Assembly: GCA_045560915.1 (NCBI GenBank)
Contig: JBJKYT010000050.1
Span: 9,926-73,925 of the forward strand
From: Alphaproteobacteria bacterium
GTDB taxonomy: Bacteria > Pseudomonadota > Alphaproteobacteria > HIMB59 > GCA-002718135
Reading direction: 5' to 3'
Length of the DNA: 64,000 nucleotides
This document shows positions 60,317 through 64,000 of this stretch, piece by piece. The translations under genes were made by a program, and so were the position numbers. Below the pieces are notes generated by a model, which worked only from the letters and a program-made list of their open reading frames with translations, made no database searches and was not told the DNA's origin. The number at the start of each line of letters is the position of its first letter. Positions within the stretch are counted from its first letter, which is position 1.

Positions 60317-61137
60317 CTTTAAAAATTTTAAAACCAACTACTCCTGGACAAAGAGGTACTGTGCTTGTTTCTAAAAGTCATTTGTGGAAAGGAGAGCCAC
60401 ATAAATCTCTGCTTAAACCTAAAAAATCTTCAGGAGGCAGGAATAATCAAGGGCGTATTACTTCTCGAAGAATGGGTGGAGGAGTTAAAAGAAAATATAG
60501 GTCAATAGATTTTAAAAGAAATAAATTTGATATGGTAGCTGAAGTAGTTCGTATAGAGTATGATCCAAATAGATCAGCTTTTATAAGTTTAATAAAATAT
60601 CAAGATGGAGAATTTAGATATATTTTATCTCCTCAAAATATTAAAATTGGAGATAAATTAATTTCTGGACAAAATGTAGAAATAAAAGAAGGTAATTGTT
60701 TGCCTTTAAAAAATATACCTGTCGGAACAAGTGTTCATAATATTGAGTTAAAGCCAGGAGCTGGAGGGCAATTATCTAGATCAGCTGGTTCTTCAGTACA
60801 AATTGTGTCTAAAGAAGATTTATATGTTCAGCTTAAACTAGTATCTGGAGAAATTAGATTAATAAATAAAAATTGTTTAGCTACAGTTGGTGTAGTTTCA
60901 AATCCAGATAATAAAAACAAAAAATTAGGAAAAGCTGGAAGAAATAGATACTTAGGACGTAGGCCAAAAGTAAGAGGAGTTGTTATGAATCCTGTTGATC
61001 ATCCTCATGGTGGAGGAGAAGGTAGAACTTCTGGAGGAAGACACCCTGTTACTCCTTGGGGGCAATCAACCAAAGGAAAAAAAACAAGAACTAATAAGAA
61101 GACCAATGTCTTCATTCTAAAAAGAAGGAAAAAATAA
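60313..61137 (+). CDS. rplB: 50S ribosomal protein L2
   Basis: 274 aa. Motifs [21 protein letters not shown] and the K-rich tail. Confidence 0.98.
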   Translation: MTLKILKPTTPGQRGTVLVSKSHLWKGEPHKSLLKPKKSSGGRNNQGRITSRRMGGGVKRKYRSIDFKRNKFDMVAEVVRIEYDPNRSAFISLIKYQDGEFRYILSPQNIKIGDKLISGQNVEIKEGNCLPLKNIPVGTSVHNIELKPGAGGQLSRSAGSSVQIVSKEDLYVQLKLVSGEIRLINKNCLATVGVVSNPDNKNKKLGKAGRNRYLGRRPKVRGVVMNPVDHPHGGGEGRTSGGRHPVTPWGQSTKGKKTRTNKKTNVFILKRRKK

Positions 61138-61415
61138 TGGCTAGATCTGTTTGGAAAGGACCTTTTGTAGATATGACTCTTATAAAAAAAGCTGAAAAAG
61201 TTTCTGAATCTGGTCGAAAAGAAGTTATTAAAACTTGGTCAAGAAGATCTACAATATTACCTCAATTCGTTGGTTTAACTTTTGGAGTCTACAATGGACA
61301 GAAATTTATACCTGTTTCAGTTTCTGAAAATATGGTTGGACATAAATTCGGTGAGTTTTCTCCTACTAGAACTTTCAAAGGGCATACAGCAGCAGATAAA
61401 AAGGCAGGTAATTAG
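61137..61415 (+). CDS. rpsS: 30S ribosomal protein S19
   Basis: 92 aa. Motifs [24 protein letters not shown] and [16 protein letters not shown]. Confidence 0.98.
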   Translation: MARSVWKGPFVDMTLIKKAEKVSESGRKEVIKTWSRRSTILPQFVGLTFGVYNGQKFIPVSVSENMVGHKFGEFSPTRTFKGHTAADKKAGN

Positions 61416-61417
61416 AA

Positions 61418-61786
61418 ATGGATAATAAGTTAACAGCATTTGCAAAAGATAATACTATTAGAGTTAGTAGTTTAAAGCTTGCTAATGTAGCTCGTTCAAT
61501 TGTTAATTTAAAAGCTTCAAAAGCAGTTAATCAACTGAAATTTTCTCAAAAAAGAATTTCAATCAATGTATTAAAAGTTCTAAATGCAGCAATAGCAAAT
61601 GCTGAAAATAATAAACAGTTAGATATAGATAATTTATTTGTCAAAGAAGCTTATGTTGGAAAAAGTTTATCAATGAAACGCTTTAGACCTCGCGCAAAAG
61701 GTAGAGCATCTTCAATACTTAAGCCTTTTAGTAAATTGACCATAGTAGTTGAAGAAAAAAATATGAAAGAAAAAGAGAGTAAATAA
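61418..61786 (+). CDS. rplV: 50S ribosomal protein L22
   Basis: 122 aa. The R.S..K...VAR.I.......A...L.F motif, then [10 protein letters not shown]. and the synteny. Confidence 0.95.
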   Translation: MDNKLTAFAKDNTIRVSSLKLANVARSIVNLKASKAVNQLKFSQKRISINVLKVLNAAIANAENNKQLDIDNLFVKEAYVGKSLSMKRFRPRAKGRASSILKPFSKLTIVVEEKNMKEKESK

Positions 61787-61788
61787 CT

Positions 61789-62466
61789 ATGGGACAAAAA
61801 GTAAATCCAAATGGAATAAGATTAGGAATAAATAAAACTTGGTCATCTAGGTGGTTTTCTAAGTCAAATTATTCAAAACTATTGCATGAAGATTTAGAAA
61901 TTAGAAATTATGTTCAAAAAAAACTTAAATCAGCTAGTATATCTAAAATAACAATTGAACGAGCTGCAAAAAAATTAAGACTTACTATTTTTAGTTCTAA
62001 ACCAGGTATTATAATTGGAAAAAAAGGAGCTGATATTGAAAGTTTAAAGAACATGTTAACTAAAATGTCTAAATTGGAAGTTTTTATAGATATCAAAGAG
62101 GTCAGAAAGCCAGAAGTAGATGCTCAGCTTGTAGCAGATAATATTGCTACCCAACTTGAAAAAAGAATTTCTTTTCGAAGAGCTATGAAAAAAGCTGTTC
62201 AATCTTCAATGAGGTTAGGTGCAAAAGGAGTTAAAGTAGTTTGTAGTGGGAGACTTGGGGGAGCAGAAATTGCTAGAACAGAAAAATATGCTGAAGGAAG
62301 TGTTCCATTGCACACGCTGAGAAGTGATATTGATTATGCTACTTCTGAAGCAGAAACCACTTATGGTATTTGTGGAATTAAAGTATGGATCAACAAAGGT
62401 GAAATATTAAACAAAGATCCTTATGGAAGTGAAAAAAAACAAGTTGAACAAGGAAGTATAAGATAA
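61789..62466 (+). CDS. rpsC: 30S ribosomal protein S3
   Basis: 225 aa. Motifs [13 protein letters not shown], the KH domain and [11 protein letters not shown]. Confidence 0.98.
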   Translation: MGQKVNPNGIRLGINKTWSSRWFSKSNYSKLLHEDLEIRNYVQKKLKSASISKITIERAAKKLRLTIFSSKPGIIIGKKGADIESLKNMLTKMSKLEVFIDIKEVRKPEVDAQLVADNIATQLEKRISFRRAMKKAVQSSMRLGAKGVKVVCSGRLGGAEIARTEKYAEGSVPLHTLRSDIDYATSEAETTYGICGIKVWINKGEILNKDPYGSEKKQVEQGSIR

Positions 62467-62882
62467 TGAATATGCTATCCCCAAAAAAAACAAAATTTAG
62501 AAAACAATTCAAAGGTAGGATTCATGGTTCAGCAAAAGGTAATTTTGAATTAAATTATGGTAGTTATGGATTAAAAGCTTTAGAGCCTGAAAGAGTTACT
62601 TCTAGACAAATTGAATCTGCGCGTAAGGCTATAACAAGATATTTAAAAAGAGCTGGCAGAATGTGGATTAGAATATTTCCTGATGTACCAGTTTCAAAAA
62701 AACCTGCAGAAATCAGAATGGGAAAAGGAAAAGGTTCAACTGAATATTGGGCATGTCGTGTTAAGCCTGGTAGAATTATGTTTGAAGTTGATGGTGTTCC
62801 TATCAATGATGCCAAAAAAGCAATGTCTTTAGCTGCTGCTAAATTGCCTATTAAGTGTAAATTTGTAGAAAGGAATATTTAA
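62466..62882 (+). CDS. rplP: 50S ribosomal protein L16
   Basis: Motifs [16 protein letters not shown] and IRMGKGKG. The true start may be the ATG at 62472 rather than 62466. Confidence 0.97.
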   Translation: MNMLSPKKTKFRKQFKGRIHGSAKGNFELNYGSYGLKALEPERVTSRQIESARKAITRYLKRAGRMWIRIFPDVPVSKKPAEIRMGKGKGSTEYWACRVKPGRIMFEVDGVPINDAKKAMSLAAAKLPIKCKFVERNI

Positions 62883-63079
62883 TGAACGTAACTAATAAAA
62901 ATGAAGATATTAAAAAAATAAAATCTGAAATTAGTACATTAAAAAAATCTCTTTTGAATTTCAAATTTCAAAAATCATCAGGTCAATTAGAAAAGACTTC
63001 TGAAATCAGAAAGACTAAAAAAAGATTAGCTCGTTTAAAAACTGAAATAAATAAGTCAATTGGAGAATCAAATGCCTAA
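62882..63079 (+). CDS. rpmC: 50S ribosomal protein L29
   Basis: 65 aa, coiled and basic, with a LR.L..EL..L...LFNL.FQ-like pattern. Sits between rplP and rpsQ. Confidence 0.9.
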   Translation: MNVTNKNEDIKKIKSEISTLKKSLLNFKFQKSSGQLEKTSEIRKTKKRLARLKTEINKSIGESNA

Positions 63080-63317
63080 AAGATTACTTTCTGGAGTTAT
63101 AGTTTCTGCTCATAGTAAAACAATAGTTGTTGAAGTTACTAAAAGAGTTAGGCATAAACTTTATAAAAAAATTATTAAAAGAACAAAAAGATATCATGCT
63201 CATGATGAAAATAATGAACATAAAATTGGAGACAAGGTAACTATTCAAGAATCTAGACCAATATCAAAAATTAAATCTTGGATAATTCATGATCCAAAAT
63301 TGGAAGGCAGTAAATAA
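63072..63317 (+). CDS. rpsQ: 30S ribosomal protein S17
   Basis: MPKRLLSGVIVSAHSKTIVVEV...YKK...R.KRYHAHDE.N....GD.V.I.ESRPISK.K.W. ATG 63072 is preferred over the TTG at 63060 given in the ORF track. Confidence 0.95.
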   Translation: MPKRLLSGVIVSAHSKTIVVEVTKRVRHKLYKKIIKRTKRYHAHDENNEHKIGDKVTIQESRPISKIKSWIIHDPKLEGSK

Positions 63318-63686
63318 ATGATTCAAATGCAATCTCATTTATTTGTAGCTGATAATTCTGGAGCTAGAAAGATTCAATGTATAAAAGTTTTAGGAGGATC
63401 TAAAAGGAGATTTGCGTCTATTGGAGATATTGTTGTTGTATCAATAAAAGATGCTATTCCGCGAGGAAAAGTTAAAAAAGGTGAAGTTTTTAAAGCAGTA
63501 ATAGTCAGAACAAAAAAAGATTTTGGTAGACCTGATGGAACAAGTATAAGATTTGATAAAAATGCAGCAGTCTTACTTGATAAACAAGAAGAGCCAATTG
63601 CAACTAGAATATTTGGTCCAGTAACCAGAGAGTTAAGAACAAAAAAATTTATGAAAATAATTAGTTTGGCTCCTGAGGTATTATAA
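63318..63686 (+). CDS. rplN: 50S ribosomal protein L14
   Basis: 122 aa. Motifs MIQMQS.L.VADNSGA and IFGPV.RELR. Confidence 0.98.
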   Translation: MIQMQSHLFVADNSGARKIQCIKVLGGSKRRFASIGDIVVVSIKDAIPRGKVKKGEVFKAVIVRTKKDFGRPDGTSIRFDKNAAVLLDKQEEPIATRIFGPVTRELRTKKFMKIISLAPEVL

Positions 63687-64000
63687 TGAGTAATAAAATC
63701 AAATTAAAAAAAGGAGATGAAGTAATAGTCTTGGTAGGTAAAGACAAAGGCAAGACTGGTAAAATTACTTTGATTCAACCTTTTTTAAATAAAGCTATAG
63801 TTTCAGGAATAAATAAAGTAAAAAAACATCAAAAGCCTGATAACAATCAAGCTGGAGGCATTGTTGAAAAAGAAATGCCTATTCAAATTTCTAATTTATC
63901 TTTTTATGACTCTGCTTCAAAAAAAGGTGTTAAACTTGGATATAAATTCAATAATAAAAATGAGAAAATACGAATAATTCGAAGTACAGGGAAAGAAATA
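63686..64000 (+). CDS. rplX: 50S ribosomal protein L24 (3' end runs off the window; no stop seen)
   Basis: [27 protein letters not shown] (KOW motif). The start overlaps the rplN stop (TAATG). 105 codons are open to the window edge. Confidence 0.93.
   Translation, partial: MSNKIKLKKGDEVIVLVGKDKGKTGKITLIQPFLNKAIVSGINKVKKHQKPDNNQAGGIVEKEMPIQISNLSFYDSASKKGVKLGYKFNNKNEKIRIIRSTGKEI

Overview
This is a strongly AT-rich (roughly 30% G+C by eye, not computed) and extremely gene-dense chromosomal core segment. Many stop and start codons overlap and almost no intergenic DNA remains. It looks like a streamlined marine alphaproteobacterium of the SAR11/Pelagibacterales type. That assignment is an inference from composition, from alpha-specific families (DUF1013/TrcR-like, DUF1192, TIGR02186/Alph_Pro_TM, RpoH) and from the conserved order yebC-tolQRAB-pal-cpoB-tilS-ftsH-glmM.

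Content, left to right:
- Central metabolism and translation genes: cfa fragment, rpmE, suhB, efp, gap, tkt.
- zapA, 5-formyl-THF cyclo-ligase and ymdB.
- yebC plus the Tol-Pal cluster, then tilS, ftsH, glmM, hisZ, purA, rpoH, rluD, xseB, dxs, tlyA, aroC, fabI, pdxH and pyrE.
- A membrane operon of unknown function (TSUP, small membrane protein, TIGR02186, USP).
- A molybdenum-cofactor and NAD-dependent formate dehydrogenase cluster: mobA, fdhD, orphan ABC permease, mobB, moeA, tusA-like, fdsGB fusion, fdsA.
- Four tRNAs.
- One co-directional array of more than 21 kb: tRNA-Tyr, tRNA-Gly, tuf, tRNA-Trp, secE, nusG, rplKAJL, rpoBC, rpsLG, fusA and the S10/spc ribosomal genes, running off the 3' edge.

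I saw no mobile elements, CRISPR arrays, prophage, toxin-antitoxin or recognisable defence loci, and I found no convincing wholly new multi-gene system.

Observations most worth a second look:
1. Ten frame-disrupting insertions in essential genes (ftsH, glmM, tlyA, rpoC x4, rpsL, rpsG x2), seven of them within 1.9 kb. Sequence error is the most likely cause.
2. A 103-aa Hjc-like PD-(D/E)xK nuclease sits exactly where alphaproteobacteria normally carry ruvC(AB)-ybgC.
3. Oddities of the FDH/Moco cluster: an orphan TupB-like permease, a TusA-like gene, an FdhD loop with a single Cys, a fused FdsG-FdsB, and a 39-aa lipoprotein where fdsD is expected.
4. Extreme overlaps of divergent and convergent genes.
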